Shown: positions 1 through 6,482, counted from the stretch's first letter. The stretch: DNA of 6,482 bases from a virus (IMGVR_UViG_2548876940_000005:1-6482), one strand, 5' to 3'. Translations and numbers: made by a program. Notes: a model not told the origin generated them from the sequence alone.

Positions 1-302
1 GCCCCCACCAGGCTCTGCAGGTCCTCCGCCATCCCGGTGACCAGACCAAACAGATTCGACACCGTCAGCGACGGTCTGGCACTGCTGCCCTTCCCGTTCA
101 TCTCAAAACCGCTGCCGTCAATCGGGTATGCCTGATATTGCCGCCCCTGCCAGGTGACCGCCTCCCCTTTTTCATTCAGCTCATTACAGAAAAAATACCG
201 CTCACCGCCCTGCACCGTCAGGTCAATTTCCCAGAGCACCACCCGCGGTGACTGCTCTGATTTAACCGACTCGTTCAGACTTTCTTCGTGAATATCCTGC
301 AT
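1..302 (-). CDS. L: Minor tail protein L, N-terminal ~100 codons; the gene continues past the window start
   Basis: ATG at 302..300 on the minus strand opens a frame that runs without a stop to coordinate 1 (my translation: MQDIHEESLNESVKSEQSPRVVLWEIDLTVQGGERYFFCNELNEKGEAVTWQGRQYQAYPIDGSGFEMNGKGSSARPSLTVSNLFGLVTGMAEDLQSLVG). It is colinear with the lambda gpL N-terminus as I recall it. The start overlaps the M stop by 1 nt (TGATG), as in lambda. It sits immediately downstream of M. Confidence 0.9.
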   Translation of the reverse strand, partial: MQDIHEESLNESVKSEQSPRVVLWEIDLTVQGGERYFFCNELNEKGEAVTWQGRQYQAYPIDGSGFEMNGKGSSARPSLTVSNLFGLVTGMAEDLQSLVG

Positions 303-631
303 CAGTTCACCACCTGCTTAAACTCGGCACTGAATTCAACCCGCAGCATGCGAACCCGTGATGACCAGGCGGCACAGGTCACCTTTATCTGCCGCCAGGC
401 ATAAGGCGGTGTCCACAGAAACGCCTTCCAGCCACCGTGCTCTGCCAGGAATGCCTCCAGATGTCGGGCCTCCTCCCGGGTCACGGAAAGCGTCACACGG
501 TATGTTTTCAGGTCAGCATTCAGCCCCGCCGCCATACGCTGCGAATACCCGTCACCAAAACGCACTTCACGCACCGATGGCTGCGAGTTCACCTCCATAT
601 CCGGCTTCACTTTCCAGCGAAAGGTTTTCAT
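302..631 (-). CDS. M: Minor tail protein M
   Basis: 109-aa ORF (MKTFRWKVKPDMEVNSQPSVREVRFGDGYSQR...RVEFSAEFKQVVN), the same length as lambda gpM and near-colinear with it from memory. Its ATG (631..629) overlaps the H stop (630..628) as ATGA, as in lambda. Synteny H-M-L. Confidence 0.93.
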   Translation of the reverse strand: MKTFRWKVKPDMEVNSQPSVREVRFGDGYSQRMAAGLNADLKTYRVTLSVTREEARHLEAFLAEHGGWKAFLWTPPYAWRQIKVTCAAWSSRVRMLRVEFSAEFKQVVN

Positions 632-3138
632 CGCCTGCCTCCGGAAAAGACGCCGCCATCACGCATCTGCGCCTGAATCTCATCCTGCGCCCCCTTGCGG
701 GCCATGTCATACACCGCCTTCATCAGCTGCGGCCCCGCCTGTCCGTTGGAGCCGTCGTTCTGAATCACCACGTGATTGTTCTGATTAAAATTAATGCCTT
801 CCGTCCGCCGCATCTGCGCCGGACTTCCGGCACCGCCCACATAACCACCTTCCGCATACCCGCGCATCAGACGATACAGGTTGCCGACGCCAATCCGGCT
901 GGTTGCCTCCTTCGTGAAGACAAACTCACCACGGTGAACAATCCCCGCAGGCTCGTATTTGCCGCCAGTACCTGTAAAACCACCACCGGCAAACCCAATG
1001 GCACTACCGATACTCCCGACAATCCCCACCATCGCCTGCTTCAGAAAAATCTCTGTCAGCATGGAGAGCACCGAACGGGTGAAACCACGCCAGTTCTGTT
1101 CGCTGCCGGTCAGCATCGCTGCCATATTCTGTGCAATACCGTCAAAGGTCTGCGTGGCCACGCTTTTAACCTGCGAAAAACTGTCCATGACACTTTCCGC
1201 CCACTCCCCCCAGCCGGATTTCAGCCCGGCCATCCAGCTTCCACGAAGCTGCTCCTCCGCAGACCAGGTGTTCTTCAGTGCAGATGTGGCCTTCGCCAGC
1301 GCAGCCGGATTATCACCGTACACGTCACGAAGGCGCTGCTCTTCCGACTCCCGCTGCGCCTGACGGTCGGTGAGTCCGCGGGCTTTTGCGCTGATTGCCG
1401 CCTGCTTCGCACTCTGCTGCTGTTCAAACCGCGCAGCCTGCTGTGCCAGCTCATTCAGCCGTTTCTGGTGTTCAACTTTGTCTCCCAGCTCAGCCAGCTG
1501 GCGTTTGTACTCCAGCGTCTCTTTCTCATGGGTCAGCAGGGATTTTTCCTGCTCAGATAACTGCCGTTTCGTGGCTGCCTCTTTCAGGACCGCATACTGA
1601 TTTTCCGCTTTCCATAAATCGCGACGCTGCTGGCTGATTTTCTCATTCGCACCGCTGTGTTTTTCCAGCGTCCGGAGCTCGGTTTCAAGCGCCAGCAGGG
1701 CAGCATGCGCCTGGTCTTCCTGACGCTCACCGGCTGACACTTTGACTCCTGACGACTTCGGCTTTTTCAGCGTCGATTCATAATCCTTTTTCGCCGCCGC
1801 CATCAGCGTGTTGTAATCCGCCTGCAGGATTTTCCCGTCTTTCAGGGCCTTATTCAGTTCTTCCTGACGGGCGGTATATTTCTCCAGCGGCGTCAGCAGA
1901 CGCTCATACGCCTTCTGCGCCTCTCCGGTATACTTCAGCTGTGATGCGTCCCGTTCGGCCCGGTCCCTGGCGGCCAGTTCACCGGCTTTTTCCATATCCG
2001 ACTGCAGCGTGGCCGCTGCCAGCCCCAGACGGGCATTTTCCCGGTCATTCCATGCGCCCTGAAGGTTGGCCCGGAAAGAGGCGGTTTTTCCCCGGCGCTG
2101 GCTCCGGCTCTGGTACCACTGCCATTTTTTATCCGCCTCATCAAATGCCTTCTGTGCACTGGCGAGCATATCCGCTGAGGACTCAGGACGACCGATATCC
2201 AGAATGGCATCCCACATCGATTTGAATGCCTTCCCTGTTTTATCCGCCCAGGTCTCCAGTGTTCCCATGTTTTCTTTCAGGCGACGGGTCTGCTCATCAA
2301 AGCCTTTCGTGGCGATATCGTTCGCCGCCTGCAATGCCCCGGCCTCGTCTCCGGAACGCTGCAGCTGTGCAACATACGCAATCTGCTCTGCCGTCACGTT
2401 ACGGAACTGGCGCGCCATCGCCATCAGTCCCGACGTCGGGTCGGTAGTCAGTTTTCCGAAAGCCTCTGCAACCTTGTCCACCTCCACACCGGATGCAGAA
2501 GCAAAACGCGCGACACTCTGGTTGATGGCATCAAACTGTTCACCACCACGCACACCGGCATTCACCAGGGCTGCCAGTGACTCACTCGCCTGGTTAAACG
2601 TCAGCCCTGCGGCCTGTCCGGCTCTGGAGAGCGTCAGCATGCGATCGGCAGTCAGTCCGGACTGATTACCGGAAAGAACCAGGGTTTTATTAAACGCTGA
2701 AAGCGTGGAATCCCCCTGGTACCAGGCGTACGCCAGCGCACCTGTCGCCACCGCCAGCGAGGTGACCCCGACCATCGGCAGGGTGATCGCACCGGCAAGT
2801 CCCCTGAACATGGGGATCATCCCGCCGAAGGAGTCCTTCACCTGACCGCCCTGTTGCAGCAGGATCAGCCAGGGATTCTGACCACCGGCAAGCTGCGTGG
2901 CGATATCCGTAAACTGTGCGGGCAGGGTTCGCATGGCCGCTTTATACTGCCCGACGGAAATCCCGGCTTTTTGTGCAGCCAGCGCCTGACGACTCAGGTT
3001 CTGCTCAACAACACCGGCGGTTTTTCTGGCGTCAGTCTCCAGTCCGGAAAAATGACGCCTTACCCGGCTCATCTGCTCATCGAAACGGACCGCATCCAGA
3101 CTCAGGTCAATAACAAGATCACCAACCGGCTGGGACAT
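628..3138 (-). CDS. H: Tail tape measure protein H
   Basis: 836-aa ORF. The N-terminus (MSQPVGDLVIDLSLDAVRFDEQMSRVRRHFSG...) and C-terminus (...NNHVVIQNDGSNGQAGPQLMKAVYDMARKGAQDEIQAQMRDGGVFSGG) align with lambda gpH as recalled. It has a long Q/A/E/K/R-rich helical middle typical of tape measure proteins, and hydrophobic segments at about aa 112-140 and 689-720. A GGAGGTG Shine-Dalgarno lies upstream of the ATG at 3138. Position between G-T and M. Confidence 0.95.
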   Translation of the reverse strand: MSQPVGDLVIDLSLDAVRFDEQMSRVRRHFSGLETDARKTAGVVEQNLSRQALAAQKAGISVGQYKAAMRTLPAQFTDIATQLAGGQNPWLILLQQGGQVKDSFGGMIPMFRGLAGAITLPMVGVTSLAVATGALAYAWYQGDSTLSAFNKTLVLSGNQSGLTADRMLTLSRAGQAAGLTFNQASESLAALVNAGVRGGEQFDAINQSVARFASASGVEVDKVAEAFGKLTTDPTSGLMAMARQFRNVTAEQIAYVAQLQRSGDEAGALQAANDIATKGFDEQTRRLKENMGTLETWADKTGKAFKSMWDAILDIGRPESSADMLASAQKAFDEADKKWQWYQSRSQRRGKTASFRANLQGAWNDRENARLGLAAATLQSDMEKAGELAARDRAERDASQLKYTGEAQKAYERLLTPLEKYTARQEELNKALKDGKILQADYNTLMAAAKKDYESTLKKPKSSGVKVSAGERQEDQAHAALLALETELRTLEKHSGANEKISQQRRDLWKAENQYAVLKEAATKRQLSEQEKSLLTHEKETLEYKRQLAELGDKVEHQKRLNELAQQAARFEQQQSAKQAAISAKARGLTDRQAQRESEEQRLRDVYGDNPAALAKATSALKNTWSAEEQLRGSWMAGLKSGWGEWAESVMDSFSQVKSVATQTFDGIAQNMAAMLTGSEQNWRGFTRSVLSMLTEIFLKQAMVGIVGSIGSAIGFAGGGFTGTGGKYEPAGIVHRGEFVFTKEATSRIGVGNLYRLMRGYAEGGYVGGAGSPAQMRRTEGINFNQNNHVVIQNDGSNGQAGPQLMKAVYDMARKGAQDEIQAQMRDGGVFSGGRR

Positions 3139-3990
3139 ATCTCACACCTCCGGAAATCCCCGCTGAAGCCATCATTAATGCGACATCATCCTCGCTGACA
3201 TCCGCCACATCCGCAGACGATAAAATCTCACGCCCTCCGTCCCCACCAAACCGGACGCCTCCGGCAAGTCCTGCCGCTTTCTGCATCAGCATTTTTTCCT
3301 CATCCGGCATCTCCGTCTGCGCTTCCTCACGCCGGGGGGCAAGCAGACTGAAATCAGAGGGATGCATATCCGGATCGCAAAAAAACAGGCTGAGTACGGC
3401 GTACGTCAGCCCGGAAAAATGCATATCCAGTTGGGTATCGAGAAAATAATGCGTACGGTAAAAATGTCGCCAGTCGGCATATTCGGTGGATGTCATCCCG
3501 GCAAGCATGGCGCGCCAGTCAGGCCTCCCCATCTCACGCGCCAGTCTGAGGGCAAAATTCAGCTCGCCGTCGAAGACTTTCCCGCAGAAAAATCATCATC
3601 AGTCAGCGCGTTATTTTTCGCCACTTCGGTGCTGTCAGTATCCGCATGAACAGCCCCGCTCATCCCGGACAGACGCAACACCACATCTTCCGCCCGGGCA
3701 ATGGCATCCGCAGGCCAGGTGGTGAGCACCTCCTGTTCGATCTGCATCACAGCCTCATTCATTGACGGTGATGCCGTTTTCTGCGGATGGTTATGCCACA
3801 GGGACATCGCCACCAGAAACGCGCCGGTTCTGACGAGATCTTCCACGCTTACCTGCAGGTTGCCGCTGGATTCTGCCTGTTCTGCACGCCGTTTCAGGAG
3901 GGCAAGATGCTCAATACGCTGCAGCGCAGACAATTCGGAAAGCGTGACGGACACACCGTTATATTCAAATTGTTCTGTTTTCAGAAACAT
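3119..3990 (-). CDS. T: Tail assembly chaperone G-T fusion, made by programmed -1 ribosomal frameshift (G frame 3990..3577, then T frame 3577..3119)
   Basis: The T-frame ORF is in the -1 frame relative to G and is open from the slippery site down to the TGA at 3121..3119. T-frame translation from the slip site reads GKVFDGELNFALRLAREMGRPDWRAMLAGMTSTEYADW..., which matches the lambda gpGT junction and gpT sequence as recalled. There is no convincing independent RBS for the internal Met at 3532. Predicted fusion is about 290 aa. Confidence 0.82.
3559..3990 (-). CDS. G: Tail assembly chaperone G
   Basis: 143-aa ORF (MFLKTEQFEYNGVSVTLSELSALQRIEHLALLKRRAEQAE...SAGKSSTAS), near-colinear with lambda gpG from memory. 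GGAGGT Shine-Dalgarno 7 nt upstream of the ATG at 3990. It contains the GGGAAAG slippery heptamer near its 3' end. Position between V and H. Confidence 0.92.
   Translation of the reverse strand: MFLKTEQFEYNGVSVTLSELSALQRIEHLALLKRRAEQAESSGNLQVSVEDLVRTGAFLVAMSLWHNHPQKTASPSMNEAVMQIEQEVLTTWPADAIARAEDVVLRLSGMSGAVHADTDSTEVAKNNALTDDDFSAGKSSTAS
3577..3583 (-). other. Slippery heptanucleotide G GGA AAG (programmed -1 frameshift signal for G-T)
   Basis: Plus-strand 3577..3583 is ctttccc, so the minus strand reads GGGAAAG. In the G frame the codons are GCG GGA AAG (A-G-K of ...FSAGKSSTAS), which is the X XXY YYZ arrangement of the lambda G-T slip site. The -1 frame is open into T. Confidence 0.85.
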
Positions 3991-4003
3991 GTATTACCTC
4001 CGT

Positions 4004-4756
4004 TTACCCTGCAGCGCCCGCTTCAGTAACGGTGACTTCAGCCACTGCGGCGAACTGACCATTTCCGCTCACCACAGGGATCTGCACCTTACCTGTCGCC
4101 ACGCCGTTTACCGTAATTGTCATATCTTTCACACTAATGGTGGCTTTCGACGGATCGGCGGAAACCGCTCTGAACGTCTTGTCGGTTGCACTTTCCGGCT
4201 CAAAAGAAACCGTCAGGGTGGTTGTTTTCCCTTTTGCCACCGTACCGGATGTCGGCGTCACCTTAATCGCACTGACCGGCGTAATTTTGCTGCGTTCTTC
4301 CGCTACAGAAGGTTTACCCACGTTAGTGACTTTCACCGTGCGGGTGATCACTTCTTTCGCCGTCACGGCCTTACCGATACTGCTGACCCAGCCACGAAAC
4401 ACATCCACCGTGCCATTCGGAAAACGGATTTTATAGGCCCGGACATCGCCGCTTTCAAACCAGCCTATAAGCCCTTTCTGGCCTTCCTCTCCCGGTTTCC
4501 AGGCCAGCGTAAAACTGGTATCACCTGCAGATTTCTGCCCCTGCCCGGTCGCGGTCCAGTCCGCGTCTTCATCATCCAGGTAGTTATCATCGTAGGATTC
4601 TGCCGTCATCTCGCCCGGCGTCAGATCCTTCACCTTAGCCAGTCGCTGCCAGTCATCGTCTGACAACGGGTTTGCATAAGCATCACCCTTGCCGTTGTAA
4701 ACCCACAGAGTGGTACCGGCACCTTTTACCGGCTCAAGGGGATTTGGTGTTGCCAT
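4004..4756 (-). CDS. V: Major tail (tube) protein V
   Basis: 250-aa ORF ([49 protein letters not shown]...), highly similar to lambda gpV across the N-terminal tube domain from memory. The C-terminal ~90 aa look like an Ig-like (Big_2-type) domain, as in lambda gpV. A GAGGA Shine-Dalgarno overlaps the U stop. Position between U and G. Confidence 0.95.
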   Translation of the reverse strand: MATPNPLEPVKGAGTTLWVYNGKGDAYANPLSDDDWQRLAKVKDLTPGEMTAESYDDNYLDDEDADWTATGQGQKSAGDTSFTLAWKPGEEGQKGLIGWFESGDVRAYKIRFPNGTVDVFRGWVSSIGKAVTAKEVITRTVKVTNVGKPSVAEERSKITPVSAIKVTPTSGTVAKGKTTTLTVSFEPESATDKTFRAVSADPSKATISVKDMTITVNGVATGKVQIPVVSGNGQFAAVAEVTVTEAGAAG

Positions 4757-4763
4757 ATCGTCC

Positions 4764-5159
4764 TCACATCTCGTATGTAATGGAATAAGTCAGATCTGCA
4801 GAACTCCATAACGCCATATCGTCATCACGACGATACTCATAGCCCTGCGTAACCATCGTGGTAATCAGTCCTGCCAGTGCCGGGATCGCGGTCATCGCCG
4901 GGTAAATCCGGCTTTCCATCCACTGATCAAGCTCTGAATCCGGTACCTGTGCCGGTAAAAACACCTCAATATGCAGCGTGGCCCGCCAGGTATCTGCATC
5001 CAGCTCTTCACCGGTATACTCTGCATCCGTCAGATAAACCGCGATCGCAGGAAAATCCTCTTCGTCAAAAACAACGGGGCGACCATCAAACAGCGTCGCC
5101 CCGTGTTCATGCTGCTCGAGTGCATCCAGCACTGCGGCACGAATGTCAGTGTGTTTCAT
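4764..5159 (-). CDS. U: Tail terminator protein U
   Basis: 131-aa ORF ([54 protein letters not shown]...[10 protein letters not shown]), the same length as lambda gpU and near-identical to it from memory. Its ATG overlaps the Z stop as ATGA (5159..5156), as in lambda. Confidence 0.93.
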   Translation of the reverse strand: MKHTDIRAAVLDALEQHEHGATLFDGRPVVFDEEDFPAIAVYLTDAEYTGEELDADTWRATLHIEVFLPAQVPDSELDQWMESRIYPAMTAIPALAGLITTMVTQGYEYRRDDDMALWSSADLTYSITYEM

Positions 5160-5689
5160 CGTTTTATTGCAATCCTCAGTTGTTGTTTCAGCGCGTATGC
5201 CAGTTCTTTAGGCAGGCGTTCACGCCGGATACGGTCAACATTCTCATCAAATGCCTGTTTCAGTGGGGCCGCCATCGGGATTTTCACCACATCAATGGGG
5301 TAACGGTTTTTCCCGGCCACACGCTGCATGACATGCCAGCGACCATTTTTTAATCGCTGAATAAATGCCCGCTGATACCGATGCTGACCGGCTTTAAGTA
5401 TGCTGTTCGGGCGACGCCCCGGCATCCTGATCCCCAGCTTAATCACAGGGAGATCACCGCGGTTAACGATAATTCTGGCATTCGGATTTCTGACCGTCGC
5501 CCGTTTCAGTCTGGACCGTTCCTTAACCAGTTTCCGGCGAACCTTTGTCTCCCGGGCAACCTGTGATGAAGACTGATTAATCGCCGTTGTGGCCACGCGG
5601 TTAATGGCCATTGCTGAAGCCGCCGGAATGGCGTTTTTACGAACCCGGCTCAGATTGTCAATCGCCTGATCAAGCCCTTTTATCGTCAT
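5156..5689 (-). CDS. Z: Tail completion protein Z
   Basis: 177-aa ORF (MTIKGLDQAIDNLSRVRKNAIPAASAMAINRVATTAINQSSSQVARETKVRRKLVKER...). The N- and C-terminal regions match lambda gpZ as recalled. AGGGTGA Shine-Dalgarno upstream. Position between FII and U. Confidence 0.9.
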   Translation of the reverse strand: MTIKGLDQAIDNLSRVRKNAIPAASAMAINRVATTAINQSSSQVARETKVRRKLVKERSRLKRATVRNPNARIIVNRGDLPVIKLGIRMPGRRPNSILKAGQHRYQRAFIQRLKNGRWHVMQRVAGKNRYPIDVVKIPMAAPLKQAFDENVDRIRRERLPKELAYALKQQLRIAIKR

Positions 5690-5704
5690 AATTTCACCCT
5701 GCGT

Positions 5705-6058
5705 TTATCGTCGCCGGTTAACTGCGGGTGGTTGACCACGGTTGAGCCAGAGATAACAGCTGCCCCCGTCATCCGGAGAAACACGATCCACCCAGAATAT
5801 CTCACCATTAATGGTCAGCGTGTCACCACGCCGCACGGCACGAACCGTATCCGTCCGCACAAATAATGACGGGCTGCTTCCTTCAATACGGACCCCGCTA
5901 CCGGCAAACCCCAGCGACTCCGGATCGTCAAAAACCCCCTGAACTTCGCTGCCACACTGTGCCCCCGAGGTGAACTGCGCACAGAGCCCCATCACTTCAA
6001 CAATCGTGCTGTCCACCCCGGCGAGGGCAGCATCAAAGGCATTCTGAAAATCACGCAT
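5705..6058 (-). CDS. FII: Head-tail joining protein FII
   Basis: 117-aa ORF (MRDFQNAFDAALAGVDSTIVEVMG...GEIFWVDRVSPDDGGSCYLWLNRGQPPAVNRRR), the same length as lambda gpFII and near-colinear with it, with a near-identical C-terminus from memory. Position between FI and Z. Confidence 0.9.
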   Translation of the reverse strand: MRDFQNAFDAALAGVDSTIVEVMGLCAQFTSGAQCGSEVQGVFDDPESLGFAGSGVRIEGSSPSLFVRTDTVRAVRRGDTLTINGEIFWVDRVSPDDGGSCYLWLNRGQPPAVNRRR

Positions 6059-6434
6059 GCTCAGCCGTTCCGTGCTGTATCATGGCTGTCGCCAGTGGTA
6101 ATGGCACCAGAACACGCATGCCCCGGTACGTCAGTTCAACGGGACGGCCTGTCTCCGGGCAATACCCCATCACATGCAGGCATTTCCGCACACGGACCGC
6201 TTTAACATCATCCGTAGCATCAGTGTTGTGCAACTGCTCACCATCGTCTGTGTGATTTTGCTCAGGCCCGCTCTCATCACCAGGCATAATGCCCTCCCGG
6301 GAAGCAGCAAGCTCCTCTTCCCACTCAGACACACGTTGCGCAATATCCGCAGCACTCCCCGCCATATCCGCCTCGCGCCCCAGCAGGCCAGCCAGTTGAC
6401 GAAGACGTTTCTGATTTTCTTCTTTTGTTGCCAT
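6051..6434 (-). CDS. FI: Putative DNA-packaging / head assembly protein FI (divergent allele)
   Basis: Assigned by position (between the end of the capsid gene and FII) and by architecture: a helical N-terminal region (MATKEENQKRLRQLAGLLGREADMAGSAADIAQRVSEWEEEL), an acidic low-complexity linker (PGDESGPEQNHTDDGEQLHNTDATDD) and a small C-terminal domain, as described for lambda gpFI. The sequence does not closely match lambda gpFI as I recall it. I prefer the ATG at 6434, which has an AGGGGG Shine-Dalgarno 5 nt upstream, over the GTG at the window edge used by the ORF track. Confidence 0.6.
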   Translation of the reverse strand: MATKEENQKRLRQLAGLLGREADMAGSAADIAQRVSEWEEELAASREGIMPGDESGPEQNHTDDGEQLHNTDATDDVKAVRVRKCLHVMGYCPETGRPVELTYRGMRVLVPLPLATAMIQHGTAEHA

Positions 6435-6438
6435 ATCA

Positions 6439-6477
6439 GCCCCCTGTGAAAAAAGACACGGGGGCATTTCGCCCCCG
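6439..6477 (-). promoter_or_regulatory. Two mutually exclusive GC-rich RNA hairpins in the leader of FI: the upstream one is followed by a U6 tract, the downstream one occludes the FI Shine-Dalgarno
   Basis: Minus-strand RNA 6477..6439 reads CGGGGGC-GAAAU-GCCCCCG-UGUC-UUUUUU-CACAGGGGGC. The central GCCCCCG can pair with the upstream CGGGGGC (7 bp, 5-nt loop, followed by UGUCUUUUUU) or, extended by UG, with the downstream CACAGGGGGC (9 bp with one bulged A, 8-nt loop), which contains the FI Shine-Dalgarno. Base pairing was checked by hand only; function is not established. Confidence 0.35.
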
Positions 6478-6482
6478 CTCAC

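Noticed and set aside
358-1560. 400-aa plus-strand ORF, plus the 134-aa, 76-aa and 80-aa plus-strand ORFs nearby
   Set aside because: They lie entirely antisense to the well-supported H gene. The translations are Pro/Arg/Ser/Leu-rich and low in complexity, typical of the reverse strand of GC-rich coding DNA, and there is no plausible RBS.
1935-2210. 91-aa minus-strand ORF in an alternative frame inside H (and the 61-aa alternative-frame ORF at 6170..6355 inside FI)
   Set aside because: Fully embedded out of frame in strongly supported genes, with no Shine-Dalgarno and Arg/Pro/Gly/Trp-rich translations. Most likely chance ORFs.
3119-3532. T as an independent 137-aa gene starting at the internal Met at 3532
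   Set aside because: The frame is open upstream all the way to the slippery site and there is no convincing RBS before this Met. In lambda T is made only as the G-T frameshift fusion, and the same slip site is present here.
3701-4663. 320-aa plus-strand ORF, plus the 80-aa and 99-aa plus-strand ORFs
   Set aside because: Antisense to G and V. Cys/Arg-rich nonsense composition. Both sense genes are strongly supported.
4877-5353. 158-aa and 110-aa plus-strand ORFs
   Set aside because: Antisense to U and Z. No start context. Composition consistent with an antisense artefact.
6439-6477. Calling the upstream hairpin a confident rho-independent terminator
   Set aside because: The U6 tract is separated from the stem by 4 nt (UGUC) and the stem is only 7 bp. 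Termination here would cut off all the downstream tail genes. At most it is a weak or regulated pause or attenuation element, so it is reported as a hypothesis only.
6435-6482. GTG at the window edge (6482) as the FI start, giving the 143-aa ORF in the track
   Set aside because: The extra 16 codons would be translated through the GC hairpins. The ATG at 6434 has a proper AGGGGG Shine-Dalgarno at 5-nt spacing. The upstream 44-48 nt more likely hold the stop codon of the preceding capsid gene and intergenic leader.
1-6482. A novel defence, toxin or other undescribed system somewhere in the window
   Set aside because: Every substantial ORF on the coding strand is accounted for by a recognisable lambda-like structural gene in the expected order, and intergenic space is essentially nil. 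I found no unexplained ORF, repeat array or RNA gene that could support such a claim.

Overview
The whole window is one contiguous, tightly packed block of lambda-like (lambdoid siphovirus) head-completion and tail-assembly genes, all on the minus strand and colinear with the phage lambda late operon. In transcription order (high to low coordinates) it reads: [3' edge of the upstream capsid gene] - FI - FII - Z - U - V - G / G-T - H - M - L (L runs off the window at coordinate 1). Identifications rest on my own translation of the ORFs and comparison with lambda protein sequences recalled from memory, plus exact conservation of lambda's gene order, overlapping stop/start junctions and the G-T slippery heptamer GGGAAAG. 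No searches were run. I see no rRNA, tRNA, CRISPR array, IS element, integrase or inserted cargo gene, and no evidence of a novel or undescribed system: this is a canonical structural module, probably from an enterobacterial phage or prophage. The points worth a second look are a pair of mutually exclusive RNA hairpins in front of FI, a divergent FI allele, and length or sequence variation in the tape measure protein H. The long plus-strand ORFs are antisense to these genes and are treated as artefacts.
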